Shown here piece by piece: positions 9,335-19,926 of a DNA stretch of 64,000 nt. This DNA comes from Acidimicrobiaceae bacterium. Its GTDB lineage: Bacteria > Actinomycetota > Acidimicrobiia > Actinomarinales > Actinomarinaceae. A model generated the notes under the pieces. That model did not search any database and was not told the DNA's origin. It saw only the letters and a program-made list of their open reading frames with translations. The first letter of the stretch is position 1. Every line of letters starts with the position of its first letter. The DNA lies in contig JAOOBM010000003.1 of the NCBI GenBank assembly GCA_028404505.1, forward strand, positions 86,759 to 150,758. Direction: 5' to 3'. The position numbers and the translations under genes were made by a program.

Positions 9335-11028
9335 AAATAGAAGATTTAATAAAATCAAAAGTAAATAGTCCAGTAACTGACTTAAGGGGATGGGTAAGTA
9401 GTGTTCGAGACCACGGTGGCCTTGTTTTTATTGAACTAAGAGATGCAAATTCAAAAATACAAATCGTTCTTGATTCTGAAAATGTTGATATAGATACTTT
9501 TAAATCTGAATATTACATAAGTGTTAATGGAACATATATAAAAAGAGATAAATCAATGATTAATAAAACCCAACAATTTGGTGAATACGAGATTACCGTT
9601 GATAGTTATTCATTAATCTCAAAAAGTAAAGCACTACCGTTTCAAATTGAAGACTCTATCGATACTGATGAAAATATAAGACTTAAATATAGATACTTGG
9701 ATTTGAGACGTGATGATATGAAAAGAAATATACTCGCTCGTTCAAACACATTTAAATCTATAAGGAATTCAATGGACAGCTTATCTTTTTTAGAATTAGA
9801 CACCCCAACTCTGACAAAGTCTACACCTGAAGGTGCGAAAGACTTTTTAGTTCCATCAAGAAAACAAAGTGGTTCATTTTACGCATTGCCTCAATCACCT
9901 CAAATGTATAAACAGTTATTTATGATTTCAGGATTCAACAAATATTATCAGATTGCTAAATGTTACCGAGATGAGGATTCTAGAAAAGATAGGCAACCTG
10001 AATTTACTCAACTAGATTTAGAAATCTTAAATGGGACACCTGATGAAGTTAGAAACACTACTGAAACAATAGTTAAAGAATTATTAGATAATGTATTTTC
10101 TATTAAAGTTGATGTACCTTTTCAAGATATGACCTATAAAGAAGCAATAGAAAATTATGGTACTGATAAGCCAGATTTACGAATTAAAGAAACGATTAAA
10201 GATTTAAGTGAAATTTTTATAAACACCGAAATAAATTTTATCAAATCAGCACTAGAAAACTCCGCATTTGTTAAAGGTTTTCATACTTCAAAAATTATGA
10301 CAAGATCAGAGATAGATGCACTAGATAGTTTGGTTAAAGATAATGGGAGTAATGGTCTTGGATGGTTTAAGATTGAGAATTCCACTATATCGGGCCCATT
10401 ATCCAAAATTACAAATGATAAAGAGAATGAAGAAATATCAAATCTAGGTGATGGTATGCTCTTATTTCAGTCAGGAAATACCGAGATATATCAAATATTA
10501 GACATTATTCGTCGAGAAATCTTTACTCCAGAGGATACCTATAGTTTTACTTGGATTTATGATTTTCCATATTTTGAAATTGAAAATGGAGAAATACAAC
10601 CTTCCCACCATCCCTTCACTTCACCAAAAGATACTGAGAATTTTATGGAAGATCCTAATAATGCAACAGCTCTACATTATGATTTAGTTCTTAATGGATC
10701 AGAACTGGGTTCCGGATCACAAAGAATTAACTCTCCAGAAGTTCAAAGAAAAGTATTAGAAATGTGGGGTCTTTCAGACGATGATATTGAAAATCGTTTT
10801 GGATGGTTTATTGAAGCTTTGTCTTACGGTACACCACAACATGCAGGTATAGCTTTAGGTATAGATAGAATAATTGCTGTAATGCTTAATGTTGATTCAA
10901 TAAGAGAAGTTATACCTTTTCCTAAAACACAATCTGGACTTGACCCATTAACAAACGCACCAACTATTATCGATGAAAATGAATTAGAAGATTATAACCT
11001 TAAATACATTGAGGTAGTTGATGAATAG
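9331..11028 (+). CDS. aspS: aspartate--tRNA ligase
   Basis: 565 aa with an N-terminal OB fold and the motifs FYALPQSPQMYKQL, CYRDED.R.DRQPEFTQLDLE, GSQRI and GIALGIDR. Confidence 0.95.
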   Translation: MKIEDLIKSKVNSPVTDLRGWVSSVRDHGGLVFIELRDANSKIQIVLDSENVDIDTFKSEYYISVNGTYIKRDKSMINKTQQFGEYEITVDSYSLISKSKALPFQIEDSIDTDENIRLKYRYLDLRRDDMKRNILARSNTFKSIRNSMDSLSFLELDTPTLTKSTPEGAKDFLVPSRKQSGSFYALPQSPQMYKQLFMISGFNKYYQIAKCYRDEDSRKDRQPEFTQLDLEILNGTPDEVRNTTETIVKELLDNVFSIKVDVPFQDMTYKEAIENYGTDKPDLRIKETIKDLSEIFINTEINFIKSALENSAFVKGFHTSKIMTRSEIDALDSLVKDNGSNGLGWFKIENSTISGPLSKITNDKENEEISNLGDGMLLFQSGNTEIYQILDIIRREIFTPEDTYSFTWIYDFPYFEIENGEIQPSHHPFTSPKDTENFMEDPNNATALHYDLVLNGSELGSGSQRINSPEVQRKVLEMWGLSDDDIENRFGWFIEALSYGTPQHAGIALGIDRIIAVMLNVDSIREVIPFPKTQSGLDPLTNAPTIIDENELEDYNLKYIEVVDE

Positions 11029-13555
11029 TAATGAGATAAGAGAAGAGTTTTTAAAATTCTTTGAACAAAATAATCATAAGATTATGCCATCAGCTTCATT
11101 GATACCTATAGATGAAACCTTACTTTTTACTGCTGCTGGAATGGTCCCATTTAAAGATTATTTTATGGGCAACAGTAAACCACCACATACAAATCTTGTC
11201 TCATCACAAAAATGTATAAGAACAGTTGATATTGATATTATTGGAGACACAGATCGCCATCTAACTTTTTTTGAAATGCTTGGAAATTTTAGTATTGGAG
11301 AATATTTTAAAGAACAAGCTATAAAACATGCATATGAATTTATAACTAAAAATCTAGGAATTAATCCAAATGATCTATGGTTTACAGTCTATAAAGATGA
11401 TGACGAATCATTCAATATTTGGAAAGATGTTATAGGTGTTCCTGAAGAGAGAATTCAGAGAGGTGATAAAGATAATTTTTGGCAAATGAATATCCCCGGA
11501 CCTTGTGGTCCGTGTTCTGAAATATTTATAGATAGAGGACCAGACTATGGTGAAGAAGGTGGCCCCATTGGTGGTGGGGAAGATAGATTCATAGAAATTT
11601 GGAATTTAGTTTTTATGGAATCAATACAAGATGAGCCTTACAATGTCGTAGGTGAATTACCTGCAAAAAATATTGATACAGGTATGGGACTTGAGCGAAT
11701 TGCTATGGTACTTCAAGATAAAGAGTCACCATTTGAAATAGATACATTTGATTCAATTTATGAACAACTAAAACCAAAAATTAAAAATTCGAATAATAAA
11801 TACGAAAGAATCATATTGGATCATATGAAGGCATCAACGTTTATGATTTCAGACGGTGTTGTTCCTACAAATGAGGGTAGAGGTTATATTTTAAGGAGAT
11901 TGATAAGAAGAGCAATTAGGGCATATTATGGTTTAACAGATGAAATAGATACTATTGAATTTCTAATATCACCAATTGTTGAAATTTACAAAGACCACTA
12001 CCCAGACCTTTATAAGAATATCGATAAAATTAAGAAACTTTACACTACTGAAGAGAAACTCTTTCATAAGACATTAGAAAAAGGCACAGTTGAAATAAAC
12101 AGGCTTATACAAGATAAAGAGACATTTGATGAGGAAAAAGCATTTTATCTTTTTGAAACTTTTGGTTTTCCATATGAACTCACAAAAGAAATTGCATTTG
12201 AAAATGATATTCAATTAAATGATGATAAATATATGAAAAAGTTTCAAGAACATCAGGCTAGATCTAGTGCATTTAAAAAAGAAATATCAGAAATGAGTGA
12301 ATTTGATGTAGATTGCAACGTTTTTACGGGTTATGAAAATACAAATACCATAAGTGAAGTAACACTGGTACAGAATGAAAATGGTTCTACAACTATATTT
12401 ACAGAAGCTACCCCTTTTTATTATGAAGCTGGAGGTCAAATATCTGACCAAGGCTCAATAGTATTTGAAGATAAAGAATATACGGTAGCTGAAGTCGTTC
12501 AATCTAGATCTGGTGCTACAGGCTTAGTAATAAATGATGATATAAAAATTAAATTAGGAGAAAAAATTGAATCTAAAGTAAGCGAATCATTTAGAAGATC
12601 TGTATCTAAAAGTCATACTTCTGCACATATAGTTCATTCATCTTTGAGAAATATTCTTGGAGATCATGTTGCTCAGGCAGGGTCATATGTTGCACCTGGT
12701 AGATTTAGATTTGACTTTAGTCATTCAGAAAAAGTCACACAGGAAGAACTTAATGAGATATTCTCATTAAGTAATAAAAATGTGTTTTCTGATTTAAAAG
12801 TAAATACAAAAATAATGAATATTGACGAAGCAAAAAAAGAAGGTGCATTGGCATTTTTCGGTGATAAATATGAAGACGATGTAAGAGTAGTAAATATAGG
12901 GAATTTCTCTAAAGAACTTTGTGGAGGAACTCATGTATCTAATTCAAATGAAATAGGATTAATAGTTTTATTAAATGAGTCGTCTATTGGCTCAAATCTA
13001 AGAAGAGTAGAGATGCTTTCTGGATTTGAAGCTTATGATTTTATGACTAATGCTTACAATTCATATAAAAGTGTGAGTAATTTATTAAAAACAAATATAG
13101 AAGATGTACCAACAAAACTCGAATCATTCTTTAATTCTTATGATGAACTTAAATCACAAGTTGATCAATTTAAACAAATTCAAAACAATGAAATGGTTGA
13201 TCAGATATCAAATAAATTTGAAACTGTTGGTGACTTTAGAGTATTTATAAATCAAGTATCAATGGATACAGTTGATGATATGAGAAATGTAGCTATTAAT
13301 TCGATCAATAATGGAGTTGTTGATTACATATATTTAATTTCACAAATAGATTCGAAATTTGTCATAGTTGCTATGAAAAATGAAAAGGTTATTAAAGATA
13401 TGAATGTATCTGAACTTGTGATTGAAAGTTCTAAAAATTTTGGTGGGGGAGCATCAAAAGATGAGGTTTTATCAGTAGGTGGGGGTCCTAAAGATTATTC
13501 AATAGATGAAACCCTTAAATATGTTAAAGAATCTATTGTTAAAAATCTCAAGTGA
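11018..13555 (+). CDS. alaS: alanine--tRNA ligase
   Basis: 845 aa with LLFTAAGMVPFK, FFEMLGNFSIGEYFK and WNLVFM, the editing-domain motifs HTSAHIVH and CGGTHV, and a C-terminal DHHA1-like GGGG tail. Confidence 0.95.
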   Translation: MMNSNEIREEFLKFFEQNNHKIMPSASLIPIDETLLFTAAGMVPFKDYFMGNSKPPHTNLVSSQKCIRTVDIDIIGDTDRHLTFFEMLGNFSIGEYFKEQAIKHAYEFITKNLGINPNDLWFTVYKDDDESFNIWKDVIGVPEERIQRGDKDNFWQMNIPGPCGPCSEIFIDRGPDYGEEGGPIGGGEDRFIEIWNLVFMESIQDEPYNVVGELPAKNIDTGMGLERIAMVLQDKESPFEIDTFDSIYEQLKPKIKNSNNKYERIILDHMKASTFMISDGVVPTNEGRGYILRRLIRRAIRAYYGLTDEIDTIEFLISPIVEIYKDHYPDLYKNIDKIKKLYTTEEKLFHKTLEKGTVEINRLIQDKETFDEEKAFYLFETFGFPYELTKEIAFENDIQLNDDKYMKKFQEHQARSSAFKKEISEMSEFDVDCNVFTGYENTNTISEVTLVQNENGSTTIFTEATPFYYEAGGQISDQGSIVFEDKEYTVAEVVQSRSGATGLVINDDIKIKLGEKIESKVSESFRRSVSKSHTSAHIVHSSLRNILGDHVAQAGSYVAPGRFRFDFSHSEKVTQEELNEIFSLSNKNVFSDLKVNTKIMNIDEAKKEGALAFFGDKYEDDVRVVNIGNFSKELCGGTHVSNSNEIGLIVLLNESSIGSNLRRVEMLSGFEAYDFMTNAYNSYKSVSNLLKTNIEDVPTKLESFFNSYDELKSQVDQFKQIQNNEMVDQISNKFETVGDFRVFINQVSMDTVDDMRNVAINSINNGVVDYIYLISQIDSKFVIVAMKNEKVIKDMNVSELVIESSKNFGGGASKDEVLSVGGGPKDYSIDETLKYVKESIVKNLK

Positions 13556-13929
13556 AAAATATAATAGCTATTGATTATGGCGAACGTTACGTTGGTCTTG
13601 CATTAAAAAAGAAATCAATAAATTCGGCTTATGCATATAAGGTTCTGGATAGTAAGACTTTGGATGTATTACATGAAATTAAACAAGTATTAATTGATCA
13701 TAAAATAGATGAGATTGTAATTGGTTACCCAATAGGATTAAATTCTCATCAAACACGTATGAGTAATGTGGTAGATGAATTTATTGAAAATGATCTAAAA
13801 TCTATAACAACTGTTCCAATACATAAAGTTGATGAACGAATGACTTCAAAGTTAACAAATGATAATTCAATAAGAAATGATGACTTAGCGGCATTAGAAA
13901 TACTAAATTCACATTTAAAAAATGATTAA
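13552..13929 (+). CDS. ruvX: YqgF/RuvX-family putative pre-16S rRNA nuclease
   Basis: 125 aa with a GTG start. It has IIAIDYGERYVGLAL and DERMTS motifs and the conserved position after alaS. Confidence 0.85.
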   Translation: MKNIIAIDYGERYVGLALKKKSINSAYAYKVLDSKTLDVLHEIKQVLIDHKIDEIVIGYPIGLNSHQTRMSNVVDEFIENDLKSITTVPIHKVDERMTSKLTNDNSIRNDDLAALEILNSHLKND

Positions 13930-14995
13930 TTATTACTTCAAAAATCGAATTGTAATATCTGTTGTATTTACAATAGTTGCTGTATTTATTGCAATTAATT
14001 TTGCTTCAAATATTGCTTCATCAATAGACCAAACAGCAAGTATCGTTTCAAATAATGATGATATAGAAGAATCAATTATTTTAATAAATATTCCACAAGG
14101 TTCTTCAGCGGCACAAATTTCATCAATACTTGCACAAGAAGGAATTATATCGTCTTCATTAGCGTTTGAAATATATTTAAGGAATGAGAATCTTGGTGAC
14201 AAATTACGAGCTGGGGAATATGAAATTTCAAATAAATTAGAGTTCGAGGAGATAAGTAATATTTTATTAAAGGGCCCACCATTAAAAACTTACACAATTA
14301 CTATTCCGGAAGGACTTTGGATAACTGAAACAATAGAATCTATCTCTTCTCAAACTGGTTACGAAGTAGATTTGCTTACGAATTCACTGTTATCTGGAAA
14401 TGTAGAAAGTAAATATGTTTATTTAGGTGACGTTTCAAAGCTACAAAATTGGGAAGGTCTTCTATATCCAAACACTTATCAAATAGCTTTAGATGCATCT
14501 GGTGAAGAAATTTTACAAATTTTAGTTAATGAACTCGAAGCCGTAATTGATAGATTATTAGTAACGTACTCAACACCAAATTGGATAAATTCTACGAGTG
14601 AACTTTTTGCAGTCGCTAGTCTTGTTGAAGCTGAATCAAAACTAGAAGAAGACAGACCACTTGTTTCGTCTGTTATAAAAAACCGTTTGTATGATGATAT
14701 GTTACTCCAAATTGATGCAATGATATTATATGCTCTGCAAGAGCGTAAATCTCAAGTATTACTTATCGATTTACAAGTAGAATCACCATATAACTCTTAT
14801 AAATATACCGGTTTACCACCTACTCCTATATCTGGATTTGGTGAGCGATCATTGATTGCTGTATTTGAAACACCAGAGACTGATTTTATATACTACTTAC
14901 TAACAGATAAAAATGGAAAAATGTCATTTACAAATGACTATACAGACTTTATTAATATGAAAAATAAAGCAAAAGAGGAAGGTGTAATTCCCTAA
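13922..14995 (+). CDS. mltG: endolytic murein transglycosylase MltG (YceG family)
   Basis: 357 aa with an N-terminal TM anchor, a LysM-like segment and the YceG motifs (ASLVEAES, YNSYKYTGLPPTPI). It is in the alaS-ruvX-mltG order. Confidence 0.85.
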   Translation: MINYYFKNRIVISVVFTIVAVFIAINFASNIASSIDQTASIVSNNDDIEESIILINIPQGSSAAQISSILAQEGIISSSLAFEIYLRNENLGDKLRAGEYEISNKLEFEEISNILLKGPPLKTYTITIPEGLWITETIESISSQTGYEVDLLTNSLLSGNVESKYVYLGDVSKLQNWEGLLYPNTYQIALDASGEEILQILVNELEAVIDRLLVTYSTPNWINSTSELFAVASLVEAESKLEEDRPLVSSVIKNRLYDDMLLQIDAMILYALQERKSQVLLIDLQVESPYNSYKYTGLPPTPISGFGERSLIAVFETPETDFIYYLLTDKNGKMSFTNDYTDFINMKNKAKEEGVIP

Positions 14996-15552
14996 TGGTA
15001 TCTACGAATGATATGAGGCCAGGACAATCTATATTGGTTGATGGAACTATTTATCAAATAATGGATTATGCCCATGTTAAGCCCGGAAAAGGAAAAGCTT
15101 TTGTTAAAACAAAGCTCAAAAATCTTATTGATGGTGGAATTATAGAAAAAACTTTTAGAGCTGATGAAAATGTTGATCAAGCTTTTATTGAAAAACAAGA
15201 ATTTCAATATTTATATAATGAATCTGGAAATTTCATATTTATGAATACAGAGAATTATGAACAAGTATCATTAGATGCAAATCTCATTGCAGAAATAGAA
15301 CTTTTATTAATACCAAATAGCGAGGTAACTATACAAATGTATGAGAATAAACCATTAAATGTACTGCTACCTTCTAGTGTTGAATTAAAAGTCACAAAAG
15401 CAGAACCAGCAGTTAAAGGTGATACTGTAACTTCGTCTACTAAAACAGTCACTTGCGAAACTGGTTTAGAGGTTGTTGTTCCCATGTTTATTGAAGAAGG
15501 TGAAATAATTAAAATTGACACTAAAGATAATTCATACATGACAAGGGTTTAA
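14995..15552 (+). CDS. efp: elongation factor P
   Basis: 185 aa with ND.RPG..I..DG and HVKPGKGKAFVKTKLKNL loop motifs. It forms a TAATG junction with mltG. Confidence 0.95.
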   Translation: MVSTNDMRPGQSILVDGTIYQIMDYAHVKPGKGKAFVKTKLKNLIDGGIIEKTFRADENVDQAFIEKQEFQYLYNESGNFIFMNTENYEQVSLDANLIAEIELLLIPNSEVTIQMYENKPLNVLLPSSVELKVTKAEPAVKGDTVTSSTKTVTCETGLEVVVPMFIEEGEIIKIDTKDNSYMTRV

Positions 15553-15926
15553 TGAAAGATTTTAGACAAATAACATTTGAAACATTATTTGAAGAAGGTT
15601 TAACAAGCTTAAAGGAAAAAGATTTTAACATATCTTCATTAAGTGAAAATCAGAATCTAAGAGCAAACCAGTTATTCAACAATACAAAAATTAACAGTGA
15701 GAGAATTGAAAATTCAATCCGAACTTATTCTGATAATTGGAGTTACGAAAGAATAGGTAAAGTAGAATTAATTACTTTAACATTGGGTATTTCAGAATTA
15801 ATTATGGATTTATCACCTACAAAGGTTATTATCTCAGAATGGGTAAAGCTTGCGGATAAACATTCCTCTTCACAGTCAGCAAAATTTGTAAACGGAATAC
15901 TTGATAAATTATCTCAGGAGATTTAA
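15552..15926 (+). CDS. nusB: transcription antitermination factor NusB
   Basis: 124 aa, compact for NusB. It has a NusB-like C-terminal half (...KFVNGILDK) and the conserved efp-nusB adjacency. Confidence 0.75.
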   Translation: MKDFRQITFETLFEEGLTSLKEKDFNISSLSENQNLRANQLFNNTKINSERIENSIRTYSDNWSYERIGKVELITLTLGISELIMDLSPTKVIISEWVKLADKHSSSQSAKFVNGILDKLSQEI

Positions 15927-16207
15927 TGAGTGACTCATATATTTTAGAGATTAAAAATAAAAGAAAAGATTTTATCAACTCATTTGAAAAAAATATTGAG
16001 AACATAGATAATGAACTTATTAGAGCTAGTAACGATAATCAATTAAATTCAATAAGAATACATAAATATCTAACAGAAACTGGTGTTCTTGGAAAAGTTA
16101 AAACTGCTCGTTTTTTAGATGATATAGGACTTAATGAAAAATCAAAATTTTCTGACTTAAACGATAATTACATTGAATCAATTTCTAACTATGTGAAAAA
16201 CTCATGA
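15926..16207 (+). CDS. mihF: actinobacterial integration host factor (mIHF-like)
   Basis: 93 aa. The helix-hairpin-helix-like segment LTETGVLGKVKTARFLDDIGLNE resembles mIHF, and its position immediately upstream of gmk-rpoZ matches Mycobacterium and Streptomyces. Confidence 0.6.
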   Translation: MSDSYILEIKNKRKDFINSFEKNIENIDNELIRASNDNQLNSIRIHKYLTETGVLGKVKTARFLDDIGLNEKSKFSDLNDNYIESISNYVKNS

Positions 16208-16734
16208 TTATTATTTTCAGTGGGCCCTCTGGTGTTGGTAAATCAACAATTATTAACAATTTATCAAATGATTTTAACTTTTATTTTTCTACTTCACATA
16301 CAACAAGACCTCGAAGGGAATCAGAGATAGAAGGTAAAGATTATTATTTTATATCTGAAGACGAATTTAATTCAATGATAAGTAATGATGAATTTTTAGA
16401 ATATGAAAGATACGGTAGCTATTATTACGGAACTTCAAAAAAAGAGTTAGAACGAGATGATTTTATTGTCCTCGATCTCGAAGTAAACGGTGCAACAAAA
16501 TTATTAACATCAAATGATTCATATATAGGAATTTTTATAGATATTGATGACAATGTTTTGATTGAAAGATTGAACGAACGAGGTCATGATGACCAGTTTA
16601 TAGAAGAAAGAATGAATTTAGCTAAAGAACAACGCCAATCTATGGGCAACTTTGACTATATAATTAAAAATATAGATTTAAAGGCTACTATTAAAGAAAT
16701 ATTAGATATATTATATGACCTGGAGAAAAAATGA
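16204..16734 (+). CDS. gmk: guanylate kinase
   Basis: 176 aa with the P-loop GPSGVGKST, TTR.PR..E..G.DY.F and EYE...G..YGT motifs. Confidence 0.9.
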   Translation: MIIIFSGPSGVGKSTIINNLSNDFNFYFSTSHTTRPRRESEIEGKDYYFISEDEFNSMISNDEFLEYERYGSYYYGTSKKELERDDFIVLDLEVNGATKLLTSNDSYIGIFIDIDDNVLIERLNERGHDDQFIEERMNLAKEQRQSMGNFDYIIKNIDLKATIKEILDILYDLEKK

Positions 16735-16958
16735 TAAAACCACCTATTGAAGAACTTTTAGAAAACTCACCTGGCAGATTTGCACTTGTTATAACGTCAG
16801 CAAGAAGAGCTAAAGATATAAACTCATACTTTAACCAATTAGGTGAAGGTATTGGAGCATATACACCACCTCAAGTACAAAGTCTTAGTAGAAAACCACT
16901 TACCGTTGCTTTTGAAGAGATTGCATCTGGAAAAGTAGAGGTTAGCGAAAAAGAATAA
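16731..16958 (+). CDS. rpoZ: DNA-directed RNA polymerase subunit omega
   Basis: 75 aa with a ...RFALVITSARRAKDIN motif and the gmk-rpoZ-coaBC context. Confidence 0.8.
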   Translation: MIKPPIEELLENSPGRFALVITSARRAKDINSYFNQLGEGIGAYTPPQVQSLSRKPLTVAFEEIASGKVEVSEKE

Positions 16959-16962
16959 CCCC

Positions 16963-18075
16963 ATGAGCAAAAAAATACTACTTGGTATTACTGGTAGTAT
17001 TGCTGCTTCAAAGTCAGAAAACCTACATTCGTTAATTTCAGAAAATAACGAAACTGTAGTCTTTTCAACCGATGAGGGTTTGAAATATATTTCAGAGGAA
17101 TTTCAAAACAAAAATGATATCTTTCATAGTTGGGATCAATTAGATGGATCACCTCATATAGAATATGCGAGATGGGCTGATAGTATCGTTATCTATCCAG
17201 CAACAGCAAATTTTATAAGTAAATATGCAAATGGTTTAGCTGACAATTTATTACTTTCTACTTTATTGATGTTTGATAAAGAAATTTATGTTGCTCCTGC
17301 AATGCATGAAGAAATGTTCGTCGACAATAAAATACAGTCAAACATCATTGATTTAAGCGACAATGTAATATTTTGTGGTCCAAGATATGGGAACCTTGAT
17401 ATTGGAGATAAAGGTTTAGGTAGGCTTATCGAGCCAATAGAAATGTTTGATATTTTATTTAATAAAAAAGAAAAGGTTATCGTAACATCAGGTCCAACTT
17501 CTGAATATCTTGATGATGTTAGAGCAATCACAAACAAATCTTCTGGTAAGCAAGGAAGGGCAGTTGCTATAGAATTGATGAGTCTAGGATATGATGTTGT
17601 TTACATACATTCGAAAACAATATCTCCTGTTGCTGGAGCTAAAAATATATCATTTGATACTTCAGAGGAATTACAGGAAGCTATGAATATCGAATCAAAT
17701 GGTACAAAGCATTTGTACATGGTTGCTGCTGTATCTGATTTTATACCAGAGAAAGTAGAAGGAAAAATGAAAAGAACTGAAGGCAATATGACATTAAATC
17801 TGTCACCAAACGTTGATATAGTAAAAGGGTACAAAGAAAAATATAAAATGATAAATGTAATAAGTTTTTCAGCTCAAACTAATGATGACCTTAATTTTAA
17901 AAAGATTAATGAAAAAAATTCTGATTTTTTAGTTATTAATAATATAAATGATATTTCATTTGGTTCAGACACTAACAAAGTAACCATTATTAATAAAAAA
18001 GCCAAAGTGTTTGAATCAGAAGAAAAAAATAAACATATCATTGCACAAGAGATCATTAAAAATACTTTGATTTAA
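16963..18075 (+). CDS. coaBC: bifunctional phosphopantothenoylcysteine decarboxylase / phosphopantothenate--cysteine ligase
   Basis: 370 aa. The N-terminal flavoprotein part has ILLGITGSIAA and PAMH..M. The C-terminal CoaB part has VTSGPTSEYLDDVRAITNKSSGKQG and AAVSDF. Confidence 0.9.
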   Translation: MSKKILLGITGSIAASKSENLHSLISENNETVVFSTDEGLKYISEEFQNKNDIFHSWDQLDGSPHIEYARWADSIVIYPATANFISKYANGLADNLLLSTLLMFDKEIYVAPAMHEEMFVDNKIQSNIIDLSDNVIFCGPRYGNLDIGDKGLGRLIEPIEMFDILFNKKEKVIVTSGPTSEYLDDVRAITNKSSGKQGRAVAIELMSLGYDVVYIHSKTISPVAGAKNISFDTSEELQEAMNIESNGTKHLYMVAAVSDFIPEKVEGKMKRTEGNMTLNLSPNVDIVKGYKEKYKMINVISFSAQTNDDLNFKKINEKNSDFLVINNINDISFGSDTNKVTIINKKAKVFESEEKNKHIIAQEIIKNTLI

Positions 18076-18076
18076 A

Positions 18077-19432
18077 TTGTTTGCTGATGTAGAAATAATC
18101 TCAAATAACACATATAAGTTTCAACTTTTTACTTATTCAGTACCTAAAAATCTATCTAATAAAATTGATATTGGTTCAATAGTTTCTGTGAATTTTAGAA
18201 ATAGAAAGAAAACTGCTGTTGTTGTAAATATACATAATAAAGATTTAAAAATTAAAACTTTAAAACCTGTTGAAATGATTATTGGTAAGTTAGATCAAGA
18301 TCAGTTACTTTTTTTAAAACACGTCGCAGTTTCTTATTATTTAAATATTGGTTTTTTAATATTCAATCTGTATAAGGATATGAATTTTAAATTAGATAAA
18401 AAGATTAAAAATAGTTCATTAAGTATTTATAACAATACAGAAATAGACAAAGTGTTATCCACTAATTCTAAAAATATAATCTTTACTCCTTCTTTAAAAG
18501 CAACTAAAAATTTATATAAATATCTATCAAAAAAAGGAATAAAAATAAATTTTTATCAAAAAACTGGTGGCAAAGATGAAATCCAAAATGCATTAAGTAC
18601 AGTTAATAAATTTAACAATTGCATATTACTTGCAAATAATTTTATGAAAATAAAGCCACAGCAAACTTCAAATTATCATTTTTTTGATACCAATGATTAT
18701 TCTTACAATTTACCAAAATTTAATTCTCTAAACATTATTGAATTGTCAGTACTTAAAAATAAGTACTTTGGAGGAAATTATCATTATTACAATGAGTATC
18801 CATCTCTAAATTACTTCAATAAAATTGAAAATTATAAAACCCCTGATCTAAGTAATGTAGAAATTTATCATGGAAACTCTTTACAAGATTGTATTGAATT
18901 ATTTAAAACAAAGCATAATGATAAAAATTTAAAACTTTTATTTCACGACGAGATTTTAAATGAATTAGTTAATGATTATAAAACTGTAAAAAGTGAGAAT
19001 GATTTATACGATTTAAATTTATTAGTAAACCCTACAATATCTTTTAGAGGTAAATTAAATTCTGAACGTTTAATTTTTCTGTTACGACAAATAGAGAGGT
19101 CGAAGCGAAATAATAGTCTAACGATCATACTTACAACAAAAAATATAAACTTAAAAGAATCTTTAAAGATTCCAAATATAACAAAATGGAGCAAAGAAGA
19201 GATAGTATCTAGAAAAAAATGGGGACCAAACCTTAATCATAAAGTTTTTAAATTTTCATCTGATTCAATTATTAAATATGAAAATAAATATATTTTAGGA
19301 CCAAAAAAGGTTGATAATTTATATGAATACGAAATCAATATAAATTTATCAAAAGATACTAATTACAATGAAATTACAAATATGTATTCAAAGTTATTAC
19401 AGTATGAGCCAAAAAAAGTTATTTCTATATGA
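18077..19432 (+). CDS. priA: PriA-like primosomal protein N', short and degenerate (no Walker A/B, no Cys-rich zinc region)
   Basis: 451 aa with a TTG start. The N-terminus (FADVEI...FTYSVP...IGSIVSVNFRNRKKTAVVV..LKPV) aligns with the PriA 3'-DNA-binding domain, and the coaBC-(metK)-priA-def/fmt context supports the call. The expected GxxGSGKT motif is absent, DEEH is replaced by DTND, and the protein has only 2 Cys. Confidence 0.5.
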   Translation: MFADVEIISNNTYKFQLFTYSVPKNLSNKIDIGSIVSVNFRNRKKTAVVVNIHNKDLKIKTLKPVEMIIGKLDQDQLLFLKHVAVSYYLNIGFLIFNLYKDMNFKLDKKIKNSSLSIYNNTEIDKVLSTNSKNIIFTPSLKATKNLYKYLSKKGIKINFYQKTGGKDEIQNALSTVNKFNNCILLANNFMKIKPQQTSNYHFFDTNDYSYNLPKFNSLNIIELSVLKNKYFGGNYHYYNEYPSLNYFNKIENYKTPDLSNVEIYHGNSLQDCIELFKTKHNDKNLKLLFHDEILNELVNDYKTVKSENDLYDLNLLVNPTISFRGKLNSERLIFLLRQIERSKRNNSLTIILTTKNINLKESLKIPNITKWSKEEIVSRKKWGPNLNHKVFKFSSDSIIKYENKYILGPKKVDNLYEYEININLSKDTNYNEITNMYSKLLQYEPKKVISI

Positions 19433-19926
19433 TGAATGAAATTGTAACTTTTGGTCACCCATCTCTTAAATCTAAATCAGTAAATATTATTGAATTTGAT
19501 GAAGCATTAAAAAAATTATCAGAGAGAATGATAAAAATTATGTATGAGGCGCCTGGAGTAGGTCTTGCAGCTCCACAAATTGGTATAAATAAAAATATTT
19601 TTGTTTTTGATGCTGGAGAAGGTCCGAACGTAGCAGTCAATCCAAAGAAAATCGAAGTTGAGGGTTCTGCAGTATTTTTAGAAGGATGTCTTTCATTACC
19701 TGGTTATTATTGGGAGATTGAAAGACCAGAATATTCAAAAATCTACTGTCAAGACATAAACGGTGAAGATATTACATATGAAGGGGAAGACTTAATGGGT
19801 AGAGTTCTCCAACATGAATATGACCATTTAAAAGGCAAGCTTTTACTATCATCTTTATCTAGAAAAGAGAGAAAAGAAGCAATTAAAAAAATTGCAATTA
19901 ATGGGTTTCCAGGTAATGACTTATAA
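19429..19926 (+). CDS. def: peptide deformylase
   Basis: 165 aa with the three signature motifs GVGLAAPQIG, EGCLSLPG and HEYDHLKG. Confidence 0.95.
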   Translation: MMNEIVTFGHPSLKSKSVNIIEFDEALKKLSERMIKIMYEAPGVGLAAPQIGINKNIFVFDAGEGPNVAVNPKKIEVEGSAVFLEGCLSLPGYYWEIERPEYSKIYCQDINGEDITYEGEDLMGRVLQHEYDHLKGKLLLSSLSRKERKEAIKKIAINGFPGNDL

